Both the position numbers and the translations under genes were made by a program. The notes under the pieces are model-generated. The model made no database searches. It worked only from the letters and a program-made list of their open reading frames with translations, and was not told the DNA's origin. Shown piece after piece: positions 49,506 through 56,941 of a stretch of DNA of 64,000 nucleotides; the first letter of the stretch is position 1; every line of letters starts with the position of its first letter. This DNA is from Escherichia phage vB_EcoM_ESCO50: the sequence record OM386664.1; one strand, written 5' to 3'.

Positions 49506-50240
49506 TTATCTCTGTAATGCGCTCTTCATTTCTGGTGTTGCAATAGTATCAATCACACCAGTTTTACAAGCATCATCAAACCAGTCTGGTAAGATACCTG
49601 CTAAGAACCCATTGATATTCGTTTTAAGGTACTCTGCAATAAGGGCAGCTTCTTCTTCAATCATCTGCACAACTTCATCTGCATAAGCTGTAATCTTTGA
49701 AATACCTTCATTAATCTTACTAACAGCCTGATTAGCTAAATCAGAAATAGTCTCAAGACCCTCATCAATAGCGTCTTGTAAGTCACTTAACACACCGTTA
49801 ACACTGTCTAGTGTGCTGTTAATCATGTCAATAGCTTGCTGACCATACTCTGTAGCAACACCCATAATACCACTAAATGGTGTACAACCAACTTGTTCTC
49901 CTGCTGCACCCATAACATTGGAATACCCCTTTGCTACCTGCATACGTGATGAAAACTCATCAATAGACTTTTGACCATAGTCTGTTAGGGTCTTAGTAGT
50001 TGCTGTAGTGCTTGTAAGGCTTGTTGTAAAGCTGTTTAGAAGGACTGTTGTAAGTCCAGCAGCAACAAGCTTCTCCTGCATTGTAGGGTCTGTTACAGAG
50101 CTAATAGAGCTTACAAGTGATGTAGAGGCAGCTACGGTTCCACCGAGAACTGCTGCACCAGTAATAAGTGGGTTAGAAAACCCTCTACCGGTTTTTAAGA
50201 GATTAAAAATCTCCTTACCTTGTTCTGTCATCTCTTTCAT
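49506..50240 (-). CDS. Hypothetical Ser/Thr/Ala-rich protein embedded in the tRNA array (start trimmed to MKEMTEQ with AAAGG RBS)
   Basis: ORF track 49506..50288 would overlap the UAA tRNA; internal start at 50240 avoids this. Confidence 0.5.
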   Translation of the reverse strand: MKEMTEQGKEIFNLLKTGRGFSNPLITGAAVLGGTVAASTSLVSSISSVTDPTMQEKLVAAGLTTVLLNSFTTSLTSTTATTKTLTDYGQKSIDEFSSRMQVAKGYSNVMGAAGEQVGCTPFSGIMGVATEYGQQAIDMINSTLDSVNGVLSDLQDAIDEGLETISDLANQAVSKINEGISKITAYADEVVQMIEEEAALIAEYLKTNINGFLAGILPDWFDDACKTGVIDTIATPEMKSALQR

Positions 50241-50256
50241 TAAGCACCTTTGAAAT

Positions 50257-50335
50257 TGGTACTCCATATCGGATTCGAACCGATACATAACACAGATTTT
50301 AAGTCTGGCCTCTCTGCCAATTGGAGTAATGGAGC
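50257..50335 (-). tRNA. tRNA with anticodon UAA (leucine anticodon) but short variable region
   Basis: Manual fold: acceptor 7 bp (one G-U), T-arm atcgg-ttcgaat-ccgat, anticodon loop cu-UAA-aa, discriminator A73. Confidence 0.55.
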
Positions 50336-50337
50336 AT

Positions 50338-50413
50338 TGGCGGGGGATGTTGGAATTGAACCAACTTCTTCGATTTCAAAGACCGAGGTTTTAACCTTGT
50401 AAACTAATCCCCT
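50338..50413 (-). tRNA. tRNA-Gln (anticodon UUG)
   Basis: Manual fold: T-arm gttgg-ttcaatt-ccaac, anticodon loop cu-UUG-aa, U8 present; A1-C72 mismatch. Confidence 0.6.
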
Positions 50414-50421
50414 TTAAATCT

Positions 50422-50979
50422 TTACTTTCTCAGTGGATGAATAAAGAATGCCAACATAACTCTTCCCCTTGAGAATGCTCTTTCTTCTGGGACAACACTT
50501 TTTAGTTTCCATCCAATATAAATTCTCCAGTAAAACTGTTTACCAAAGATTTTAATTGATGGGATAAAAGCGAATAATCCCCAAGCATTGCTATTCCACA
50601 TTAGGAGATAACCAGTCTGATTATCTTCAGGGTCAGAACTTACGTTGATATTACCTTTCCACTTAGTAACATCTTTTACATCTCTTCCTAATACATGGTA
50701 AGAGAAGTTATAAGCTTTGTTTCTCCAGAGCCATCCAACTCTCTGCATGTAGACACCCAGCTTACCAATCTTTCTAATCTTAGCCCATCTTTTAACGTGG
50801 CCTTCATCACCATCAATCGGGTTGTCATAGGTCTCCATCCATCTGAATCCAAAAGGTAGATGCCCTTTCTTCTCACTGTAGAATGGAACCACGAAAGGTG
50901 CTAAGATGACTGCTAAGGTTGCTGCAAATGGTTCTAGTAAAGCTAGGAAAATCCATGAAGCATACTTCAAATATCTCAT
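50422..50979 (-). CDS. Membrane protein (185 aa) embedded in the tRNA array
   Basis: N-terminal hydrophobic segment IFLALLEPFAATLAVILAPFVVPF; Trp/Arg-rich remainder. Confidence 0.5.
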   Translation of the reverse strand: MRYLKYASWIFLALLEPFAATLAVILAPFVVPFYSEKKGHLPFGFRWMETYDNPIDGDEGHVKRWAKIRKIGKLGVYMQRVGWLWRNKAYNFSYHVLGRDVKDVTKWKGNINVSSDPEDNQTGYLLMWNSNAWGLFAFIPSIKIFGKQFYWRIYIGWKLKSVVPEERAFSRGRVMLAFFIHPLRK

Positions 50980-50998
50980 CTAAATAGCCTCTTAAAAT

Positions 50999-51076
50999 TG
51001 GTGTTCCAAGACGGATTCGAACCGTCACTAATACAAGGTTTGAGCTTGCATCCTCTGCCAATTGGGATACTGGAAC
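50999..51076 (-). tRNA. tRNA with anticodon CAA (leucine anticodon), short variable region
   Basis: Manual fold: T-arm gacgg-ttcgaat-ccgtc, anticodon loop cu-CAA-ac, D-loop similar to the UAA tRNA, A73. Confidence 0.55.
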
Positions 51077-51077
51077 A

Positions 51078-51152
51078 TGGTACTCACTAAAGGACTTGAA
51101 CCTTTTTCTTCATCTTGTAAGGGTGATGTTTTACCATATAAACTAAGCGAGT
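51078..51152 (-). tRNA. tRNA-Val (anticodon UAC)
   Basis: Manual fold: acceptor 7 bp (one G-U), anticodon loop cu-UAC-aa, U8. Confidence 0.65.
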
Positions 51153-51247
51153 GTGAAAGAGGTCTGAAGTTGTGCCGCTAACTCAACTCCGTGGAATTTG
51201 TTACGGTCTTCAGTTGACACCAGCGGTCTTTCACTTGACCTCTGAAT

Positions 51248-51324
51248 TGGTGCTGCTCACAGGACTCGAACCTGCATTTCCATCCTTACAAGGGATGTGT
51301 AATAGCCAATTATACGAAAGCAGC
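51248..51324 (-). tRNA. tRNA-Thr (anticodon UGU)
   Basis: Manual fold: perfect anticodon stem catcc/ggatg, loop cu-UGU-aa. Confidence 0.65.
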
Positions 51325-51331
51325 ATTAATT

Positions 51332-51406
51332 TGGAGCATCCAGAGGGAATCGAACCCTCAACCTCAGTTTGGAAGACTGTAATTTTCCCGTTTAAACTAT
51401 GGATGC
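51332..51406 (-). tRNA. tRNA-Gly (anticodon UCC)
   Basis: Manual fold: perfect acceptor, T-arm gaggg-ttcgatt-ccctc, loop cu-UCC-aa. Confidence 0.65.
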
Positions 51407-51412
51407 ACTAAT

Positions 51413-51488
51413 TGGTGGAGAAGCAGGGAATTGAACCCTGTACTTAAGTTTGCAAAACTTATGTTTTAACCATGTAAACTACATCCCC
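51413..51488 (-). tRNA. tRNA-Ala (anticodon UGC)
   Basis: Manual fold: perfect anticodon stem, loop uu-UGC-aa, and a G3-U70 wobble pair (the classic alanine identity element). Confidence 0.7.
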
Positions 51489-51494
51489 AATGTT

Positions 51495-51571
51495 TGGTAC
51501 ACCTAGAGAGATTCGAACTCACACTAAGCAGATTCTAAGTCTGCTGCCTCTACCAGTTGGGCTATAGGTGC
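51495..51571 (-). tRNA. tRNA with anticodon UAG (leucine anticodon), canonical 77-nt short-variable-arm geometry
   Basis: Manual fold: perfect 5-bp anticodon stem gcaga/tctgc, loop cu-UAG-aa, 5-nt variable loop, A73. Confidence 0.6.
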
Positions 51572-51828
51572 ATTAAATCTTTTTAGAGAACTTCTAAGAA
51601 CCTAAGCAACAAGGTTCCACAACAAGCTGTAATAACCTTAGAAGCCCTCTAAAAAGACCTAAAAAGGTCTTTGCATAGTCTTGTTTAATCCGGTGACTAG
51701 AACCTTTGGAGAGCTTGATATTATCTCTTCTCCGTGACACCTACTAGGTGCTCTATGAGTGTGTACGACAATACACGCGGGATACCAAAGCAACACCCTA
51801 ATGAAGCTTGGCTTTAAATCTTATTAGG

Positions 51829-51916
51829 CGGTAAGTAAAGGAGTCGAACCCTCACCGTATCTCTACAGTGGCAACTGTTTTCAAGACAGTTTGGCTACCA
51901 TTAGCCGCTACCTACC
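51829..51916 (-). tRNA. tRNA-Ser (anticodon UGA), long variable arm, CCA not encoded
   Basis: Manual fold: anticodon stem aactg/cagtt, loop cu-UGA-aa, ~18-nt variable region; T-stem has two G-U pairs. Confidence 0.5.
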
Positions 51917-51929
51917 CCTAATAAGACTT

Positions 51930-52012
51930 TGGCATGGGACGGAGGAGTTGAACCCCTTTGAAACGGTGTTGGAAGCCGTTGCTCATGCCTTAGAGTCTTA
52001 ACATCGTCCCAT
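51930..52012 (-). tRNA. tRNA-like gene, tentative Trp (anticodon CCA); D-region unusually long
   Basis: Perfect 7-bp acceptor and good T-arm; hairpin with loop uu-CCA-ac; but ~26 nt between anticodon arm and acceptor. Confidence 0.4.
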
Positions 52013-52155
52013 ACTATAATTCGAAGCTTACCGTATTATCTCAACACTGTAAAGCCCCTTCTCAGATTATTTACATGTTCTGGAAAACATGAGATACAGA
52101 CCACCTCCCTACAGGAAGACCCGCTTAGGTCGTCTAAGTAATCTGCTAACTAAAT

Positions 52156-52237
52156 TGGTCGAGGCGGCAGGACTCGAACCCGCATACTCCACTTACTCGG
52201 TTAACGTCTGTTTAGAAGACAGATGAGATACGCCCCG
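52156..52237 (-). tRNA. tRNA-like gene, tentative Arg (anticodon UCU); non-canonical arm spacing
   Basis: Acceptor (one G-U) and T-arm are clear; perfect hairpin tctgt-cttctaa-acaga; spacing leaves no room for a normal D-arm. Confidence 0.35.
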
Positions 52238-52485
52238 TAATTATCTTTAAAGACTCTCTTAGAAAGCCCTTAAAGATGCCCACCTTATTAATCATACCGT
52301 GGGCTAGTACGCCAAATTCTTTGATGAGGGATTGGAAGACCTCACTGGTGTTTAGCCTATCAAGCTACTGCCAGAAAAACATTGTCGTTTGCATTTATTT
52401 TAAATTTGCAAAATAGACGCTACGCAACGAAAACTAAGGGTACTATAAAGTGGTCACATCATTATTCTGCTACACTTCCATTAAA

Positions 52486-52625
52486 TTATCTTTGTAGATA
52501 AGCTACCCAGACTTGCTTAAGGTCTGTAGCGATGTGACTTTTTGGGTTTAAATCTAGAATTTACCCTTTCACCCTTTGTGGTCGCATACTCACAGGTAAG
52601 CTTAATAACTTATCTACAAAGATAA
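52486..52625. ncRNA. Candidate structured ncRNA: perfect 17-bp terminal inverted repeat enclosing ~106 nt with internal hairpins
   Basis: 52486-52502 ttatctttgtagataag is the exact reverse complement of 52609-52625; interior has hairpin cagac/gtctg and others; no T-loop. Confidence 0.3.
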
Positions 52626-52673
52626 TTACCAGACCGTTGTTTATCATCTTAACTAGATATCTCATAAAGTGTT

Positions 52674-52761
52674 TGGTGTGCCGTGTAGGAGTCGAACCTA
52701 CCGAGTCTCAATGACAAGGGATTTACAGTCCCCACCGCTACCATCTACGGGATAACGACAC
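52674..52761 (-). tRNA. tRNA-Tyr (anticodon GUA), long variable arm
   Basis: Manual fold: perfect T-arm gtagg-ttcgact-cctac, anticodon loop cu-GUA-aa, 16-nt variable region, acceptor with one G-U, U8. Confidence 0.6.
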
Positions 52762-52830
52762 ATTTAATTTCTATTCAGGCTAAGGACTTGCACCTTACAA
52801 ATCGGTGAGCAATCGCTTCTCTCCTGAATT

Positions 52831-52907
52831 TGGCGGTTAGTCAGGGATTCGAACCCTGTGCCATTCGCTTAACAGGCGACCGCACATACCTTATGTGCTT
52901 CCTAACC
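52831..52907 (-). tRNA. tRNA-Asn (anticodon GUU)
   Basis: Manual fold: perfect T-arm caggg-ttcgaat-ccctg, loop cu-GUU-aa. Confidence 0.6.
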
Positions 52908-52992
52908 ATGTTTAGTATTACCAGACCGTATCTTTCAATTTTTTCTGCTAAAAATTTAATAAATATTGCTGTAAACGGTCTTCTGTAAAATT

Positions 52993-53069
52993 TGGAGGCG
53001 GGTGCAGGAGTCGAACCTGCCGATACCATGCTAATGAGACATGTGAGACGCCCTTTCTCTATACCCGCA
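52993..53069 (-). tRNA. tRNA with anticodon CAU (Met, or Ile if C34 is modified)
   Basis: Manual fold: perfect T-arm gcagg-ttcgact-cctgc, loop cu-CAU-ua; acceptor register ambiguous at the 1-72 pair. Confidence 0.5.
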
Positions 53070-53199
53070 ATTCTTAATGACCAGACCAAATCTCTTCTTT
53101 GTCCGATTTACCTTCAGGTGAATAAGATTAAGTTTGCTGTAATTGGTCTTCTGTCAAAACTGGCGTTCCAGAAGGGATTTGTCTACTGGAACATTAATT

Positions 53200-53276
53200 T
53201 GGTCTCTGTTGGAGGACTTGAACCTCCGGCCTTACCGCCCCAAACGGAACGCTCTACCAAGCTGAGCTAAACAGAG
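53200..53276 (-). tRNA. tRNA-Pro (anticodon UGG)
   Basis: Manual fold: perfect acceptor (ctctgtt/aacagag), perfect T-arm, loop uu-UGG-gg with G37. Confidence 0.65.
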
Positions 53277-53400
53277 ATAAACTTTTTAAACTCTATGTAA
53301 CCACTTTAACACTATTTTTTAGTGATTGTCAAGAACTTTTTTAAAATATTTTCAGTATCTTAGAAAAGCTCTCGTTTCGTTTCTATGTAGAACATATTAA

Positions 53401-53432
53401 AGGGTATTAAACACATTGTCAATACCCTTTTT
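53401..53432 (-). terminator. Hairpin (agggtatt...aataccct) with T-tract just downstream of the vWA gene stop
   Basis: 8-bp inverted repeat read directly. Confidence 0.5.
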
Positions 53433-53440
53433 AAAACTTT

Positions 53441-54856
53441 TTACCAGATATAACGGTCAAGCATTACTGCTTTGAGCATTACGCTGATTGGGTCAAACTT
53501 CTCACCACCAAGTAGAGCTTTTAAAGTGGCTGGAGAGAAACCAGATACCATTGCTACACCGTTATCCTTAACAGATACTTCGCAAGTACCATTACGGTTT
53601 GCTAAGTACCAGAATACCAGTTGTGGCATCCCATATCCAGCTTTTTTGTACTTACTCTGAATTGCTTCAAAGTTTGTACGACCGTTAGCTCCATCAACCT
53701 GATTGAACTCCATATCTGAGAAGATGATAAGCTTACTTGGCATATCTTTCTGAGTCAAGTTATTTCTTTTACCTGTCTCAAGAATGCGGTCAAAAGCTGC
53801 TTGTAAGTTAGTGGAGCCATATTCAACGTGTCGCATCACCTGACGATGACGGTTTCGTAAATCACCACTCAGTTCGATGAAGTGAGGGTTTGTTGAATAA
53901 ACCATTAACTCATTCTTAAAGCAACCTGTATTGCGTTCTGCTACATACAATGCAAGTGATACACCAATATCAAGAGCAGTAATTGAACCAAAATTCACCC
54001 AAGACATTGAGCATGAAACATCAGACATACATAGGATGTTTTCACCTTCTGCCATCCAGTTTGGTAGTGCTTTCCACTGCTCATTAGCAACATCTGCATT
54101 ACCATACTTAACAGATTTAATCACATCGTATGGGTAAACAGCACCAGCATTAATCTTAGCCTTACCATTTGATAAGGACTCGATGTAAGCTTTGTAGCGT
54201 TCTCCATCTTTACGGTTAAACAGCTTTTGGTAACGTGCAGCAGCAAGTGAAGGAACCTTACTGTAGTCAATCTTACCAAACTCATTAGCAGAGATTTTTT
54301 GCTCAACTGTATCAGATAGTGCAGACAACAGTGTGCGGTACTCTTTCTCACTCAAGTTGGCAAACTTGCAGAAACGTTTTACAAACTGCTTATGACGTGG
54401 TTTGACTCGTGGTAACCACTTGGCTGCCAAACCTGCTGTTGCAGGGTCTAGTAATGCTGCTTCTAAATGCTTGAAGGCATCTGTCTCAAAACGAGTACCT
54501 ACGAAGATTTTGAAGTCATCAAAACGACCAAGTTCTGCAACCTTATCCATAATGCGAAGAACCTGTGTAGGCTCTAAAACTTTATCTTCAATCGCTTGAA
54601 GCAAAACAGTTCTGAAGGCTTTACGCTCACCCATACCTTCTCGTACATCTCGCATATGAAGCAAAATACGAACTGCAACATCAACATCCTCACGCAAAGC
54701 TTTGTAGAACAGGTCTGGTAAGATTTCTACATTGCTACGGCTTGAACCAGCAGCTTTGTAAAAGTCTACAAGAGCAGACATTGATGAAGTATGGTTTACA
54801 GCACCATTTTCAGTTCTACCTGCATGAAGGTGCGCATGTTTAAATAACTCGCTCAT
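53441..54856 (-). CDS. von Willebrand factor A (vWA/MIDAS) domain protein with ~260-aa helical N-terminal module; possible Ro60/TROVE-like protein
   Basis: MIDAS signature DVSCSMS (DxSxS) after a hydrophobic beta strand (ENILCMSDVSCSMS), later SKLIIFSDMEF; 471 aa. vWA assignment moderately confident; Ro60-like idea is inference. Confidence 0.6.
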   Translation of the reverse strand: MSELFKHAHLHAGRTENGAVNHTSSMSALVDFYKAAGSSRSNVEILPDLFYKALREDVDVAVRILLHMRDVREGMGERKAFRTVLLQAIEDKVLEPTQVLRIMDKVAELGRFDDFKIFVGTRFETDAFKHLEAALLDPATAGLAAKWLPRVKPRHKQFVKRFCKFANLSEKEYRTLLSALSDTVEQKISANEFGKIDYSKVPSLAAARYQKLFNRKDGERYKAYIESLSNGKAKINAGAVYPYDVIKSVKYGNADVANEQWKALPNWMAEGENILCMSDVSCSMSWVNFGSITALDIGVSLALYVAERNTGCFKNELMVYSTNPHFIELSGDLRNRHRQVMRHVEYGSTNLQAAFDRILETGKRNNLTQKDMPSKLIIFSDMEFNQVDGANGRTNFEAIQSKYKKAGYGMPQLVFWYLANRNGTCEVSVKDNGVAMVSGFSPATLKALLGGEKFDPISVMLKAVMLDRYIW

Positions 54857-54937
54857 ATTTTACTCTCTTCTCTCATTTGTTGTTTGATGTGACAGACTTT
54901 AGAGTAACTTTGTAGAGTCTGTCAACATCTTTTAAAA

Positions 54938-55309
54938 TTATTTTTTGAGAGTTGCAACAGCAGAGAACGTTGGTTTGTTATCTGTCTGAGACTGACCACC
55001 GTTATCAGGAGCCTTCTTAGTGTCTGCTGCGATTGCTTTCATCTCACCTGCTGAGTGGGTCATGATAGTTTTACCAGCTTCCATCATCGACTTCAGGTTT
55101 ACATCGTCAGTCGTCAAACCGAACTCTGCAAGCTTAGCAGCATCCCTTGTAACAATCGCTTCAAACAACTTTGCAGCAAACTCAGCAGAATTATCAATGG
55201 TCAGTTGAGCTTTTACGAGAGAGCTTTTGTTACGGGAGCCTTTTGGTCTTCCAGATGGGTTTCCAGACTGGCCTTTTTTAAACTGGCCTTTGTTTGTTCT
55301 GTTTTTCAT
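54938..55309 (-). CDS. Hypothetical protein with N-terminal KGQSGNPSGRPKG motif (possible DNA-binding / small-terminase-like)
   Basis: Motif recalled from phage DNA-binding or small-terminase-annotated proteins; low-complexity tail. Confidence 0.45.
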   Translation of the reverse strand: MKNRTNKGQFKKGQSGNPSGRPKGSRNKSSLVKAQLTIDNSAEFAAKLFEAIVTRDAAKLAEFGLTTDDVNLKSMMEAGKTIMTHSAGEMKAIAADTKKAPDNGGQSQTDNKPTFSAVATLKK

Positions 55310-55484
55310 TGGTATGCCTCTTATAAGACCTCTTAAAAGGCTTTTAAGATAAAAGATAGATATCCAGAAAGATATCTGTTTAAATAGCCTTTTTAGAGGA
55401 ACCTTTTAAGTTATCTTCTAAGTATTTATAAGCCTATACCTTGTCAAGTGCTTTGTCAACAACTTTTTTAACTTGCAATAGTTC

Positions 55485-55514
55485 TTGACTTGTTGTATGG
55501 ATTACTGTACCATC
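55485..55514 (+). promoter_or_regulatory. Putative sigma70-type promoter (TTGACT-N18-TACCAT), preceded by duplicated TTGTCAA element
   Basis: Read directly; ~25 nt upstream of first plus-strand ORF; upstream element ccttgtcaagtgctttgtcaac matches the one at 15033-15055. Confidence 0.35.
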
Positions 55515-55537
55515 TTACTTAAAGCTGTAGGTCTGCC

Positions 55538-55720
55538 TTGTTCTACAAAGGAGACTTAATGAGAAAATCAAATAAACCGAAGAAAGGTAAGAATACCAAT
55601 CACTGTAAGGAATCAAAAAGGGTAGAATTAATCTACTATTCATCCTCTGAAATTGGTCTGTACCTGTTCTTTCAAAATTACAGAAGACAAGAGGATTATC
55701 TATGTGTAGTTCCCAATTAG
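55538..55720 (+). CDS. Hypothetical small basic protein (60 aa)
   Basis: ORF track. Confidence 0.3.
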   Translation: MFYKGDLMRKSNKPKKGKNTNHCKESKRVELIYYSSSEIGLYLFFQNYRRQEDYLCVVPN

Positions 55721-55935
55721 AAATCGCAGATATTATAGACTTATATCAAACTGCAAAGAGTCATGGCTATATAACCTCAATTGGAAAGAATAGTCACTAT
55801 GATGCTTTGACTGGAATGTATTTCAGGGCAATGGCTCAATCTAGTGAACAACACTTAATGGTTTCTTCCAGTGAGTTTACTTCGTTTCTCTATTGCAGCA
55901 AAATTATAAACCGCAGGAGAACTGAAAAATGTTAA
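55702..55935 (+). CDS. Hypothetical small protein (77 aa)
   Basis: ORF track. Confidence 0.3.
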   Translation: MCSSQLEIADIIDLYQTAKSHGYITSIGKNSHYDALTGMYFRAMAQSSEQHLMVSSSEFTSFLYCSKIINRRRTEKC

Positions 55936-56519
55936 CAGTAAGTTTTAATTACAATAGTGATGGCTCTGTATCAATTAATTCACCGTATGCAAATGACCTA
56001 TTGAAAGAGTTAGTTAATCAGTGCTGTAGAGGTCTTCACTATGTTCCAACTTCTTTTAAACAGAAGACTATTGCTAATAACTTGATGCGTATAACAGTGA
56101 CGACATCGAATCCAAATTATAACTTTGATAGTGAAAGTCCGTACTCATTAGTTGCGCTTGGAGAGAGCAGCCAATTCAAACTTGTTTGCCACGACTCAGA
56201 AACATTTCTTAAGGTATTTTCCAGCCTTATCCATAATAATAAGTACAGCTACGTTGATGGTAGTGTAAACTTCTATCCAGCAAACTATACATGTTTGTTG
56301 GTTGATAATATGCGAAAAAGTAAGCAAGAACCTACAAGAATTTCATTTGATGTGAACTCTAGTCCAGACGCAGAAACAAGTAAGAACTTTGATATGAGTT
56401 ACGCATTGTCACTCAGTAAGAAATCCGAGTTCATTGATTATGTCAATGGATTTGGTTTTAAGTTTGATGAGAGTATGAATCTTAAAAAACTTAAGAACCT
56501 ACTTAAGACCAAAACTTAA
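55929..56519 (+). CDS. Hypothetical protein (196 aa)
   Basis: ORF track. Confidence 0.5.
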   Translation: MLTVSFNYNSDGSVSINSPYANDLLKELVNQCCRGLHYVPTSFKQKTIANNLMRITVTTSNPNYNFDSESPYSLVALGESSQFKLVCHDSETFLKVFSSLIHNNKYSYVDGSVNFYPANYTCLLVDNMRKSKQEPTRISFDVNSSPDAETSKNFDMSYALSLSKKSEFIDYVNGFGFKFDESMNLKKLKNLLKTKT

Positions 56520-56566
56520 GTGTGAATAGGGGCTAATGCCCCTTTAACTATTTATAAGGGTATTTA

Positions 56567-56941
56567 ATGCAAGCTAAGAGTGCAAAAGACTTTTATTGCT
56601 TCCTACAAACCTATATCAATTCCGTGCAAAATGGTGAAAGGTACAACCTTAATGATGTTATCCCAACACCTTTGACATGGAGGCTCGATAAATGGCCTGA
56701 AGAAGATATTACACCAACAAGCGAACAGTGTACCTACAATCCTGAAATCAACCTTCCAGACTCTGAGAATCTATTATATCCAATGTTCCATATTGTTGGT
56801 CTTGGAAGATTTCTTATGGATATCCAGTATGTAATTGGTAAAGATTATAAGGTTAAAGGTATTGTTGTTGGTGATGTATCTCCGCATCACAAAGGTTATT
56901 TTAGACTAAACGCACATTTAGAGGCTAAAAGAAATGATTAA
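56567..56941 (+). CDS. Hypothetical protein (124 aa), paralog of the N-terminal domain of the next gene
   Basis: MQAKSAKDFYCFLQTYINSVQNGERYNLNDVIPTPL... aligns with MIKAKTYPDFKEFVNGFVANVKAGKRYDFRTYQEAILPL... and both share ...FxMDxQYxI... Confidence 0.5.
   Translation: MQAKSAKDFYCFLQTYINSVQNGERYNLNDVIPTPLTWRLDKWPEEDITPTSEQCTYNPEINLPDSENLLYPMFHIVGLGRFLMDIQYVIGKDYKVKGIVVGDVSPHHKGYFRLNAHLEAKRND

Noticed and set aside
52486-52625. Inverted-repeat element as a retron msr/msd or a MITE
   Set aside because: No reverse transcriptase or transposase gene in the window and no target-site duplication seen; structured ncRNA is the simpler reading.
51172-53270. ORF-track entries 51172..51411, 52841..53089, 52992..53270
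   Set aside because: They overlap clearly folded tRNA genes; read as chance open frames through the array.
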